A stretch of 39,508 nucleotides of DNA from Fibrobacterales bacterium. Lineage in GTDB: Bacteria; Fibrobacterota; Fibrobacteria; Fibrobacterales; JAOPTW01. Location: NCBI GenBank assembly GCA_051532035.1, contig JAOPTW010000085.1, forward strand, positions 1 through 39,508, in the 5' to 3' direction. The notes under the pieces are model-generated. The model was not told the DNA's origin and did not search any database. It saw nothing but the letters and a program-made list of their open reading frames with translations. Of this stretch, positions 1-8,664 are shown one piece after another. A program made the translations under genes and the position numbers. Every line of letters starts with the position of its first letter. Position 1 is the first letter of the stretch.

Positions 1-138
1 GTTGAACGCTATAAAGACTTGACTAAAACGTATCCGGATATTATTCAGCGGGCTCCCCAGCGAATGATTGCATCGTTTTTAGGAGTGACTCCAGAGGCCT
101 TGAGTAAAGTTCGGGGTGTGTTGGCTCGTTCAAAATAA
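1..138 (+). CDS. Crp/Fnr family transcriptional regulator, C-terminal HTH (partial, begins before window)
   Basis: Frame 1 reads VERYKDLTKTYPDIIQRAPQRMIASFLGVTPEALSKVRGVLARSK*; 'RY..L...P...QR.PQ..IAS.LG.TPE.LS..R' is the typical Crp/Fnr tail. Not in the ORF track. Confidence 0.85.
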   Translation, partial: VERYKDLTKTYPDIIQRAPQRMIASFLGVTPEALSKVRGVLARSK

Positions 139-146
139 TTCAATAG

Positions 147-162
147 TGCCCTCTAAAGGGCA
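147..162 (+). terminator. Short hairpin after Crp/Fnr gene, possible terminator
   Basis: TGCCCT-CTAA-AGGGCA just after the stop; no clear U-tract on +. Confidence 0.35.
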
Positions 163-194
163 AAAATAGACCTGTGTTACGGTTTTAGAATTTC

Positions 195-208
195 TTAATC
201 TAGATTAA
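195..208. promoter_or_regulatory. Perfect palindrome, FNR-box-like operator upstream of doxX-pirin
   Basis: TTAAT-CTAG-ATTAA resembles FNR consensus TTGAT-N4-ATCAA and lies directly downstream of a Crp/Fnr gene. Confidence 0.6.
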
Positions 209-292
209 TGCATCCCTGATTGTAATAGAATATTATTGTAGTATAGCAATGATAGAGTGCCTCTGGTTACTCACAATATAAGGAATACTATT

Positions 293-679
293 ATGAATAA
301 GAGAGATAGAATAATCTACTGGGTTGTAACCGGGCTGTTTTCAGCAATGATACTGATGTCGGTGGTAATGTATATCACACAAAATACGATGGTGAGTGAA
401 ACCTTTGTACGACTTGGGTACCCCGTGTACATTGTGTATCCTTTGGCATTGCTCAAAGCACTGGGGATACTTGCAATACTCACAAAAAAATCACCACTTC
501 TGAAAGAATGGGCCTATGCTGGGTTTTTCTTTGATTTTATATTGGCTGCTGCTGCGCATAGTATAACCGACGGAGCAGAATATGAAGGAGCTTTTATGGC
601 TCTTGTACTTCTGCTCGCTTCGTATGTGTACGACCGTAAAGTATATGGTATACAAGCACCAACTGTTTCACAGCGATAA
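293..679 (+). CDS. DoxX-like (DoxX_2) membrane protein
   Basis: IIYWVVTGL...LGYPVY...LKEWAYAGFFFD motifs, 4 hydrophobic helices; ATG at 293 follows AGGA RBS (track start 257 is a GTG). Confidence 0.85.
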   Translation: MNKRDRIIYWVVTGLFSAMILMSVVMYITQNTMVSETFVRLGYPVYIVYPLALLKALGILAILTKKSPLLKEWAYAGFFFDFILAAAAHSITDGAEYEGAFMALVLLLASYVYDRKVYGIQAPTVSQR

Positions 680-690
680 GGAGTGTAGGT

Positions 691-1704
691 ATGCAACCTC
701 AAATTATAAAAGAAATTAAGCCGCTAGTATTGCCATGGGAAACGCAAGACCCTTTTATATTTTGTTCGTATCACTATGATGAGTATCCGGGGGGTAATGA
801 GAAACTCGGCCCGATACACTCGTTAGATGGACGAAATATCGGCCAGGATTTTGTTTCAAAAGATGGTTGGAATATGTATCACGGTGAATCGGTTCCCGGT
901 TTCCCAGTGCATCCACACTGTGGCTTTGAAACCGTGAGTATTGTTACCAAAGGTATGGTCGATCATTCGGATTCTCTGGGAGGAAGAGGGCGTTTTGGTA
1001 ATGGCGATGTTCAGTGGGTAACCACGGGGAGTGGTCTTCAGCATTCCGAAATGTTTCCGTTGTTACGAGAAGATGAAAATCCGTTTGAAATTTTTCAGCT
1101 CTGGATGAACCTTCCAAGTCGGAGTAAAAAAGTAGCGCCTCACTATAAGATGTTGTGGCGTGAAGATATTCCAGTAGTGGTTCAAAAAGATGCATTGGGT
1201 AATAGTGCAACCGTGAGTGTGATTGCAGGGAATATAGAAGGAACAACGGCCTTAGACCCCGCTCCGGATTCATGGGCAGCAGACCCAAAGAACAGCGTTC
1301 AGATATGGACCATCAAACTTGACCCCCATGGGGTGTTTACCATTCCGGCATTTGAAGATGACGTTACGCGAACGCTTTATTTTTATGATGGTACTCAGTT
1401 AAAAGTGGGGGGTGTAAAAGTACAAGGTAAACAGTTGATGCACTTACAGAGTGCTGTTGATGTAACGATAGAAAATGGTAGCGAGGAGGCCTTTCTCTTT
1501 TTTCTTCAAGGAAAGCCGATAGGTGAGCCGTTAGTACAGCATGGTCCATTTGTAGGGAATTCACCTGAAGATATTCAGGAAGCTTTAGCAAAGTACCGTA
1601 AAAACCAGTTTGGTGGATGGCCTTGGAAATCAAGGGAGCCTGTACATGATGCAAATAAGGGGCGTTTTGCCGAGTTCCCTAGTGGAGAGTATATTGAGAA
1701 GTAG
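691..1704 (+). CDS. Pirin family protein
   Basis: GFPVHPHCGFETV, DHSDSLG, GDVQWVTTGSGLQHSEMFP, FQLWMNLP, GPFV motifs; AAGGAG RBS. Confidence 0.95.
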   Translation: MQPQIIKEIKPLVLPWETQDPFIFCSYHYDEYPGGNEKLGPIHSLDGRNIGQDFVSKDGWNMYHGESVPGFPVHPHCGFETVSIVTKGMVDHSDSLGGRGRFGNGDVQWVTTGSGLQHSEMFPLLREDENPFEIFQLWMNLPSRSKKVAPHYKMLWREDIPVVVQKDALGNSATVSVIAGNIEGTTALDPAPDSWAADPKNSVQIWTIKLDPHGVFTIPAFEDDVTRTLYFYDGTQLKVGGVKVQGKQLMHLQSAVDVTIENGSEEAFLFFLQGKPIGEPLVQHGPFVGNSPEDIQEALAKYRKNQFGGWPWKSREPVHDANKGRFAEFPSGEYIEK

Positions 1705-1715
1705 TGGCTTAATGA

Positions 1716-1751
1716 AACAGAAAAGACCCCTTGGGAGAGGTCTTTTCTGTT
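1716..1751. terminator. Bidirectional intrinsic terminator
   Basis: AACAGAAAAGACC...GGTCTTTTCTGTT inverted repeat between convergent genes. Confidence 0.85.
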
Positions 1752-1790
1752 GTAGGATTTATAGTGTCAGTAACCCACCGAGGGTACTCC

Positions 1791-3743
1791 TTATTTTACT
1801 TGACCAACTACTACAGCGCCCGTAGTTGAATTAATGAGGAATACAAAGGTTCCTTGGCTCGTTTGAAAGGTATCAATACCAGTCCAAACCTTATTCCAAT
1901 TAGTATTATAAATCCCTTTCGTATGTATACCACTGTCATTAAGTTTAGAGATATATGTTTGCTTATTACTCTCTTTGTTTAAAAAGAGATATGGTTCTCC
2001 GTACAGAGTAATGGGGCGTGCAGTCGTCCATCCTTGTGTCCACGATCTACGGTCGATTCTTGAGTTAAAGGTTCCCGAAGTGTTCATTGGATGGATATCA
2101 TGTCGTCCAGTAGCTGACTTTCTCAACCACATAACAGTTCCCTGATCTTTGGTATAGGTTACTTGAGCATCATCCCAGCCAGTGGTCCAGGAGGTTGAAT
2201 AGGTTCTGGTGCCTAATCTTCCTACGTAGCGTCCTGTTGTATTGAGTTCATAAATTTTTACTAAACCAGTGCTTGCTTTTGTCATAAATATAAAAGGCTT
2301 TCCGTCCACTTCATACGCAGTAAATGTTGACCAGTACTGTGTCCAGTTACTTTCGTCTATAATTAAATCACCTATGGTGCCATCACTTTCCATTTCATGA
2401 ATAACTGCACGCCCAGTTGCTTCTTTATACATGAGCATATAGGTTGTACCACCGATAATATACGGTTCAAAATGGGTCCACCCGGGAGTCCATGTTTTAC
2501 TGTATGTGCCCTCACCAATAGTTCCGTCTTCATTTAAGCGGTGAATATATGCGTAGCCAGTAGAGCTTTTCATTAAAAGGATAAAGTTTGAAGAACCAAC
2601 AGTATAGGTTTTTATAACATCCCATCCAGAAGACCAGGTGCGTTGGTCTATATCATCCCAGTGGTCTGGTGCACCATAGAGCTCTTGAATAAATTCTTTA
2701 TCCTTTTCACTGAGGTCATAGCCTAATCCTAAGCCACCAGCTTCATATGCTGTTCTTACATCTGGATGAGCATCTAAATAACTCGTTTTAGGAATATAAG
2801 TACCGACACTTGGTTTCATGAACATAATTGATGAAAAATCTACATTAGAATAATTGTCGTTTTCATAGTTTACATTATATTCCCAGTCGGCATATGCACT
2901 ACAACGAAGCGTTAAGTCATCTTGTGATACAAGGTCTGCTACAGAAGAAACTTCAGGATGAAGATTCTCATGGCCTAAACCAAGAGCGTGTCCCAATACA
3001 TGGAGTGCTGTGTTGTATGCTTGGTCGTACCCACCAATAGTGGTTATTCCTCTATCTTCTTTATAGCTAGGAAATTCACGGGAATGTTGTGTTAAATTAC
3101 TTACAGAAATTGACAACTCCCCATCAAAGAATCGAGTACCATTCGCTCTTTTTTTAAGTCCAATTGAGCTTTGACCAATGCGAGAACCTGGATAATCTGA
3201 CCCAGTGGCAGGATCATCAAATCTTTTGTTGACTATTGGAATGACGGGGGTATTTGCCCATTTTGGGTCAGTTTCTTCGCCAGTGATATCAATGAATTCT
3301 ATATTAGCATATCGTTCCCAAACATCCATTGCTTTACGAACATCTTCATCATAAAATGCCCATCCCCAATACCCATTTCCTGCGGACCGATGTGCAAAAT
3401 AGTAGTATACCTTGCCGTTGGGCCAGAGATTTACTTTAGTATCATATTCTTCTTTGATCACATCATCACACGCTGGTGAATACCCGGCAACTTCTTCAGT
3501 GACGCCACGCTTTGCGGTTAATTTTGGGTGCTCAGTATTTTCTGTTCTGTAGAGAATATCATCTTGATATACCGTGTAACCTTCAGGAGCAGGTAAGGGG
3601 GCATTGTGATATTCTATGGTGCCTGTATCATGTGCATCAGTTTCATTTTCTACAGCGGTAACAACAGGACCAGTATTGGGTGCTGAATCAGTGCACCCCA
3701 CAATTGATAACAGTAACATAACGGTGAGTATACAGTATTTCAT
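1791..3743 (-). CDS. Lipoprotein with astacin-like (M12A) metzincin domain (degenerate HExxH) and C-terminal W-x-x-G-W repeat beta-propeller
   Basis: Lipobox SIVG-C; LWPNGKVYY, AMDVWE...NIEF, HVLGHALGLGHEN, SIMFM Met-turn; about six ~50-aa repeats (WSSGW, WTPGW, WTQYW, WTTGW, WTQGW, WNKVW). Confidence 0.75.
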   Translation of the reverse strand: MKYCILTVMLLLSIVGCTDSAPNTGPVVTAVENETDAHDTGTIEYHNAPLPAPEGYTVYQDDILYRTENTEHPKLTAKRGVTEEVAGYSPACDDVIKEEYDTKVNLWPNGKVYYYFAHRSAGNGYWGWAFYDEDVRKAMDVWERYANIEFIDITGEETDPKWANTPVIPIVNKRFDDPATGSDYPGSRIGQSSIGLKKRANGTRFFDGELSISVSNLTQHSREFPSYKEDRGITTIGGYDQAYNTALHVLGHALGLGHENLHPEVSSVADLVSQDDLTLRCSAYADWEYNVNYENDNYSNVDFSSIMFMKPSVGTYIPKTSYLDAHPDVRTAYEAGGLGLGYDLSEKDKEFIQELYGAPDHWDDIDQRTWSSGWDVIKTYTVGSSNFILLMKSSTGYAYIHRLNEDGTIGEGTYSKTWTPGWTHFEPYIIGGTTYMLMYKEATGRAVIHEMESDGTIGDLIIDESNWTQYWSTFTAYEVDGKPFIFMTKASTGLVKIYELNTTGRYVGRLGTRTYSTSWTTGWDDAQVTYTKDQGTVMWLRKSATGRHDIHPMNTSGTFNSRIDRRSWTQGWTTARPITLYGEPYLFLNKESNKQTYISKLNDSGIHTKGIYNTNWNKVWTGIDTFQTSQGTFVFLINSTTGAVVVGQVK

Positions 3744-4001
3744 TAATTTTCCTTGTGTTTGTTATTTAAAGTTGATGTAATATTAAAAATCAACATGATT
3801 GATTTGAACGTTGGAAAATTGTTGTTTGTAATATACTGTTCACAGCTAGTAAACAGTAATGAGTGGAATTTAATAATAAAATTCCGCAGAATACGTGGAG
3901 TATGATAGTATACCTATCACGGTTTCAGATGAAATGCACAAGAGAGTGTATGAACTGCACACCGGTGCAAATACTTTGTATTAGAAATTGGCCAAGTATT
4001 T

Positions 4002-4047
4002 AAATGTGAACAAAAAGACATAATTCGTTCACATTTCCCTCACATTT
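4002..4047. promoter_or_regulatory. Inverted/direct repeats with CRP-like half-sites in divergent promoter region
   Basis: AAATGTGAAC (4002-4011) / GTTCACATTT (4027-4036) perfect 10-bp IR; a second TCACATTT at 4040-4047. Confidence 0.35.
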
Positions 4048-4102
4048 GGTTTCTATTCTTTGAGTATAATCAAATTGCAAATACACGTATAAGGACACAC
4101 AA

Positions 4103-5161
4103 ATGAAAATTACTTCAAAAATTTTGACAGCTGCAGCACTTCTTTTAAGTACTACAGTATCTGCACAACACTATGAGCTCGTTTCTCAAAATAAAACAGC
4201 ATATGCTTCTTCTGAAGAGAGTAATCAACTCTCTGCTGCAAATGCTTTCGATGGTAATGGGACTTCACGGTGGGGATCAAGCTTTTCTGATAATGAGTGG
4301 ATTGCAGTAGATCTTGGCGAAAGTGTTGCTGTGAGCAGAATTATTCTTAATTGGGAAAATGCCTATGCTACTAAATACAGCTTGTCATTTTCTGAAGACG
4401 GTCAGACTTGGAAAGGTCCATACACTTGGAGTACTACTGGTCAAGGTGGTATAGAGACTATTGACTATAATTTTGGTACAGCACAACATGTTAAATTGCA
4501 CTGTGATGAAAGAGTTACCCAATATGGTTGTTCATTATATGAAATTGAAATTTACCAAAGAACCCTTGAGACTGCTAATAAGAGCACAATGGTTGATTTT
4601 AGAGATGGGCAGAAGTATGAAACAACTACAATCGGTAATCAGGAATGGTTGGCAGAAAACCTAAATTACGAATCACAAGAAGGATCTGTATGTTATAACA
4701 ATTCAGAGAAGTTTTGTGAAACATTTGGGAGACTGTATACGTGGGACGCTGCTATGGCAGGTTCTGAGTCAAGTGCCGCTAACCCGAGTAATGTTCAGGG
4801 GATTTGCCCAGAAGACTGGCATTTACCAAGTGCCGCTGAATGGGATGAGCTTATTGCATATGTTGACGTAATAAATGGCAGTGATGAAGCGGGTTATAGC
4901 CTGAAAGCACAATACAGCTGGCAAGACAATAATGATCATGACCTCGGTAATGGTAACGACGAGTTTGGTTTTGGGGCTGTAGCAGGCGGGGATCAAACAA
5001 GTAGGTCATCACGTATTGCGCTCTATGGTCAGTATTTGACGAGTGAAGAAGTTGATGCCCAGTATGCAAAGCTATATGCCATGATGGCGTATAATGATTT
5101 GATTCAGGGAACCATCGGTAAAAAAACCGTAAAGTTTTCAATACGCTGTGTAAAAAACTAG
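4103..5161 (+). CDS. Secreted F5/8 type C (discoidin/CBM32) + FISUMP domain protein
   Basis: Signal peptide; AFDGNGTSRWGS...EWIAVDLG...LNWE..YA..Y...SLYEIEIY; then D.RDGQKY.T..IG.Q.WLAENLNY, GRLYTW, GICP..WHLPS, FSIRCVKN. Confidence 0.88.
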   Translation: MKITSKILTAAALLLSTTVSAQHYELVSQNKTAYASSEESNQLSAANAFDGNGTSRWGSSFSDNEWIAVDLGESVAVSRIILNWENAYATKYSLSFSEDGQTWKGPYTWSTTGQGGIETIDYNFGTAQHVKLHCDERVTQYGCSLYEIEIYQRTLETANKSTMVDFRDGQKYETTTIGNQEWLAENLNYESQEGSVCYNNSEKFCETFGRLYTWDAAMAGSESSAANPSNVQGICPEDWHLPSAAEWDELIAYVDVINGSDEAGYSLKAQYSWQDNNDHDLGNGNDEFGFGAVAGGDQTSRSSRIALYGQYLTSEEVDAQYAKLYAMMAYNDLIQGTIGKKTVKFSIRCVKN

Positions 5162-5237
5162 CGGTACGAATAGTACTGTAGTCTAAATGTTTAACGTTTG
5201 GATTGAGCAGAACAGTAACACTTGAAATTATACCATT

Positions 5238-5272
5238 AAAAAAAGGACGTCTATTAATTAGACGTCCTTTTT
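5238..5272. terminator. Bidirectional intrinsic terminator
   Basis: AAAAAGGACGTCTA-TTAAT-TAGACGTCCTTTTT between convergent genes. Confidence 0.88.
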
Positions 5273-5296
5273 AGAGTACATGGGGGTGTTCTCTCA

Positions 5297-6169
5297 TTAC
5301 ATTGCGATATCTGATTCAGTGTTCGTTGCTGTGTTGATTACCTCCTCTTTTGATTTTTTTGTTCTTGAGTATTGAGTACGTTGGTGTTCGCTCTTAAAGA
5401 GCGCGAGTATCTTAGGTTCTTTTTTGAATACAAACTCTGCACAAGTTCTGATTTTGACAACCGTTGTATTTAAAAGTGTGATAGCCTGATCTCTGATAAC
5501 ACGACTCTCTTTGCTGTTGCTACGATCGATCTTTGCAGACATCTGCATTGGCCCGAGTTCTTCAGAGATCTCTTTGGTTCGTGCAAGGAGGGCTGTAGGA
5601 AAGTTCGTTGCTTCAAGCTCGGGGAGTATGGTTTCACTTAACCGTGCTAAGTCAAAGAGGTCTTGAATCATATCACTAATGTTTGTTCCTTTTGAAATCT
5701 TTTTAAGGACTTCAATCTTTTTTGGGGCCTTTTGACATGCATATTTAAATTCAGTTAAGAGGGTGTCTCTGAGTTCAAAAGCCTCAGGTGCTATCTCTTT
5801 CCATGTTACTTCATTTGAACCGGTATCGATGTGCATGTTAGATTGCGCAATACGTGCGGCACCGGTTAATTTAGTAAGAGCAATCGTGTCAGCATCCTTG
5901 TAATTACGCGCTCTCAATGGCTCAATATTCCGTTTTACAATCTCTCTGAGTTGCTCTGCTTCTTTGAGATAGGTGTCAATGGTCATATTCACGATAGCGA
6001 ATGAATCACGAGGTACTGCTAGTATCTCCGGAAGGAGTTCGGCATAATACTCTTCGTATTTTGTTATAGTCACTTCTGGTGCTACGAGTGTATTGCTGGT
6101 CTCATTTACTAGAGTAGGAGTATTTTCTGTTTTGTTATCTGCTTTATTTTTGGACAAAGTGTCCTCCAT
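5297..6169 (-). CDS. Hypothetical, probably all-helical protein
   Basis: 290-aa ORF ending at the shared terminator; amphipathic helical pattern (DMIQDLFDLARL), low-complexity termini; no family recognised. Confidence 0.7.
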   Translation of the reverse strand: MEDTLSKNKADNKTENTPTLVNETSNTLVAPEVTITKYEEYYAELLPEILAVPRDSFAIVNMTIDTYLKEAEQLREIVKRNIEPLRARNYKDADTIALTKLTGAARIAQSNMHIDTGSNEVTWKEIAPEAFELRDTLLTEFKYACQKAPKKIEVLKKISKGTNISDMIQDLFDLARLSETILPELEATNFPTALLARTKEISEELGPMQMSAKIDRSNSKESRVIRDQAITLLNTTVVKIRTCAEFVFKKEPKILALFKSEHQRTQYSRTKKSKEEVINTATNTESDIAM

Positions 6170-6346
6170 AGTAGGATTAGTTTTAACTCATCATGCTGGA
6201 CTGCCCAGCAAGTGAGGTTCTCATCTATCAAATCATTTTCAAAATCGTAAGAACAGTAATTAAACGGTGGCCAAACGAATAAAGTAACCTTGACGTAATA
6301 TTTTTTTTCATTTCGTTCACTTTTTAGTTTTTTTATGGGTTATGAC

Positions 6347-6684
6347 GCTTAATCATCGTTCATAGGTGGAATAGTGGTGTTCTTAGGTACCTCAGGCTCT
6401 GTTCTTAGGTGGTTGAGTAGTGTTCTGGGGTCAAAAAGTTACAATCATAGGTGGTTAGGGTACCGTTTGTAGGTGAAATAACTAAAGCCGATGGTACAAT
6501 GGAGCCTAACGAGGGTGAAAGGGTGGTGTTCTTAGGTGAAATAATGGCGGTCGATGGTGCAATTACTATCAACTTATGTGCTCGGGAGTGTTGCCCGAGT
6601 CAAAAAGTGGTGTTTGTAGGTGGATTTATTGCCATCTGGTGTGGTATGGAGGGTAACTCGGGTGGAAGGTTGCCATTTGGTGGT
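6347..6684. repeat. Degenerate ~21-bp periodic tandem array (~16 units)
   Basis: Units end in (G)GT at 6367, 6388, 6410, 6431, 6452, 6474, 6495, 6516, 6537, 6558, 6579, 6600, 6621, 6642, 6663, 6684; best units GGAATAGTGGTGTTCTTAGGT, GAAAGGGTGGTGTTCTTAGGT, CAAAAAGTGGTGTTTGTAGGT. Confidence 0.7.
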
Positions 6685-6920
6685 TGGAAATACGGTAGTG
6701 TTCAGATTTTTGTGTAAATCATTGGGAGTGTTCAGGTGCATCGTAGCCTAAAAATCTGTTTTAGGGCTCAATCGTAGTCTAAAATATTCTTAATGTACTT
6801 GTATTCGCTGTTTGTTGGGGATTTGCTCTCTAGGGTGATTGGTGCTTTACTAGTTTGTAATGTGGTTTTTTGCTTACAATATGTTTGTACTACTGAGAGC
6901 GTGTTTTAGATGGATATACA

Positions 6921-7556
6921 ATGAATGATAAAACGATAGATGGGCTCTTTGAGATCATGGATACCTGGCGTCACTTTCCCAATTGGCAGCTTGAGCGGCG
7001 GGCGGATATATTCTTTGCGCTCTTTATGGAGGAGATTCTCTCTATTGCGGGGATAACTGATATCACCGGTATCATTCCAGAGTTCCCTGTGCGGGTGGGG
7101 GAGGTGTACCCTGATGATGATACCAATAGATCGTTTAAGATTGATTATGTGGCTATTACTAAAGAGAAGGTGTGGTTGGTTGAGTTAAAGACCAATCAAG
7201 AGTCGCGTCGTGCTAAACAGGATGAGTATCTTACTCGGTCACAGTTGTTGGGCTTTGATGTACTGCTTGATGGAATTCTTAAGATTTATGATGCTACGAA
7301 GGCTAAGGATAAGTATCGGTGTTTGTTGGATGCGCTGTGCGATGCTGGGGTGTTGGTTAAGTCTAATGCTACATCGTATGTGAAACGGCATGTGTATCGG
7401 GAGTGTGAGGTTGTGTATATTCAGCCGGTTGGTAATTGTGGGAGTGGTGATGATGAGAAGGTTATTTCGTTTCGGCAGATTGTGAGTAGTGGGGTTTTGA
7501 GTGGGGAGATTGGGGTTAGGTTTGCTGAGAGTTTGGGGGAGTGGAGTGATGGTTAG
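6921..7556 (+). CDS. Putative PD-(D/E)XK nuclease-fold protein
   Basis: PEFP...KIDYVAITKEKVWLVELK...Q.EYL matches the E..D-x(n)-ExK..Qxx(Y) arrangement of restriction-endonuclease-like proteins. Confidence 0.65.
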   Translation: MNDKTIDGLFEIMDTWRHFPNWQLERRADIFFALFMEEILSIAGITDITGIIPEFPVRVGEVYPDDDTNRSFKIDYVAITKEKVWLVELKTNQESRRAKQDEYLTRSQLLGFDVLLDGILKIYDATKAKDKYRCLLDALCDAGVLVKSNATSYVKRHVYRECEVVYIQPVGNCGSGDDEKVISFRQIVSSGVLSGEIGVRFAESLGEWSDG

Positions 7557-7645
7557 GGGCGCCAAAGGATCTAACTAACATTTTACCAAATGATAATGCT
7601 GCTGAATAGTTATTTCTTAGTAAAAATAAAGGAAAATTATAAATT

Positions 7646-8650
7646 GTGAATATGAATAGTACCATTGTAAAAATGCCTCATAAATTTGAAAAAGGGCAAA
7701 ATCGTCAAGTATCAGAAGCAATCTCTACAGGCAAAGATGCAACCCTACTTGTTTTGGATTTTCAAGACTTGTGTTTTTCGCACCCGTTGTCGATGTTAAA
7801 AGTCGCTACTTTTATAAGGCAAGTTGCTAAATATAGAAGGGAAAGAGGGTTAAGAACTGAGGCGATAAATATTGATTATTCAAGGAATTGTCATGGCTAC
7901 TTAAATTATGTCGGTTTCTTTGACTTCATTGGACTTGAAGGTGTAACAAATCCTGTCGGTGCAGCTCCCGGGTCTTCTTCCTATATACCTATTACAGAGA
8001 TTAGTAAGGCTGAACTTGAAAACCTTATGAAAATTCAAAATTTATCATTACATGATGTGATTTTTGAAAAAGCAGATCAGATTACAAATAACATTGTTGG
8101 CTATGAAGATCTTTATATTAAGAAAGTATTGAGATATTCGTTTAAAGAGATTTTAAGAAACGTATTTGAACATTCTGGAGCAGAAAAGTGCTATATCGCC
8201 GCACAACATTACCGAACGGGTATAGTGCAATTCGGGATATTAGATGAGGGAATAGGAATAATTGGCACACTCAGTCGTAAGTACAGAATCGAAACTGCGG
8301 AAGCCGCATTGAAATATTCAATCACACCTGGTGTGACTTCAGTAGACTTAGAGGATCCTTTTGAGAATAAAAATAATAACTCAGGATATGGACTTTTTAT
8401 TTTATCTGAAATATCAAAGTTATATGGCTGGTTCGAAATTGGTAGTTCAGGAGGTTCGTTGTTAGTAAATGCCAAAGGACAGTCTTACTCTAATTATCCT
8501 GACTTTCAAGGCACATTTATTGGGATAAATTTTCATGAACGCGACTTTAATTTTGATGAAAAGATCAATGAAATTGTCGAAAATGGGGAACTGGAAGCGC
8601 GGCTACATGGCTATAATACTAAAGCGTCCAGTTCATCGAAAAAATTTTAA
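7646..8650 (+). CDS. ATP-binding protein: N-terminal STAS-like + HATPase_c (GHKL) domain
   Basis: LDFQDLCFSHP...YLNYVGFF (STAS-like); EILRNVFEHS (N box), DEGIGI (G1), SGYGLF (G2), FQGTFI (G3). Start GTG 7646 or ATG 7652. Confidence 0.8.
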   Translation: MNMNSTIVKMPHKFEKGQNRQVSEAISTGKDATLLVLDFQDLCFSHPLSMLKVATFIRQVAKYRRERGLRTEAINIDYSRNCHGYLNYVGFFDFIGLEGVTNPVGAAPGSSSYIPITEISKAELENLMKIQNLSLHDVIFEKADQITNNIVGYEDLYIKKVLRYSFKEILRNVFEHSGAEKCYIAAQHYRTGIVQFGILDEGIGIIGTLSRKYRIETAEAALKYSITPGVTSVDLEDPFENKNNNSGYGLFILSEISKLYGWFEIGSSGGSLLVNAKGQSYSNYPDFQGTFIGINFHERDFNFDEKINEIVENGELEARLHGYNTKASSSSKKF

Positions 8651-8664
8651 CACATGAGGAATCT

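Noticed and set aside
6451..6717. 88-aa ORF on +
   Set aside because: Lies within the 21-bp array, has no RBS, and the array's 22-bp units shift frame; probably a by-product.
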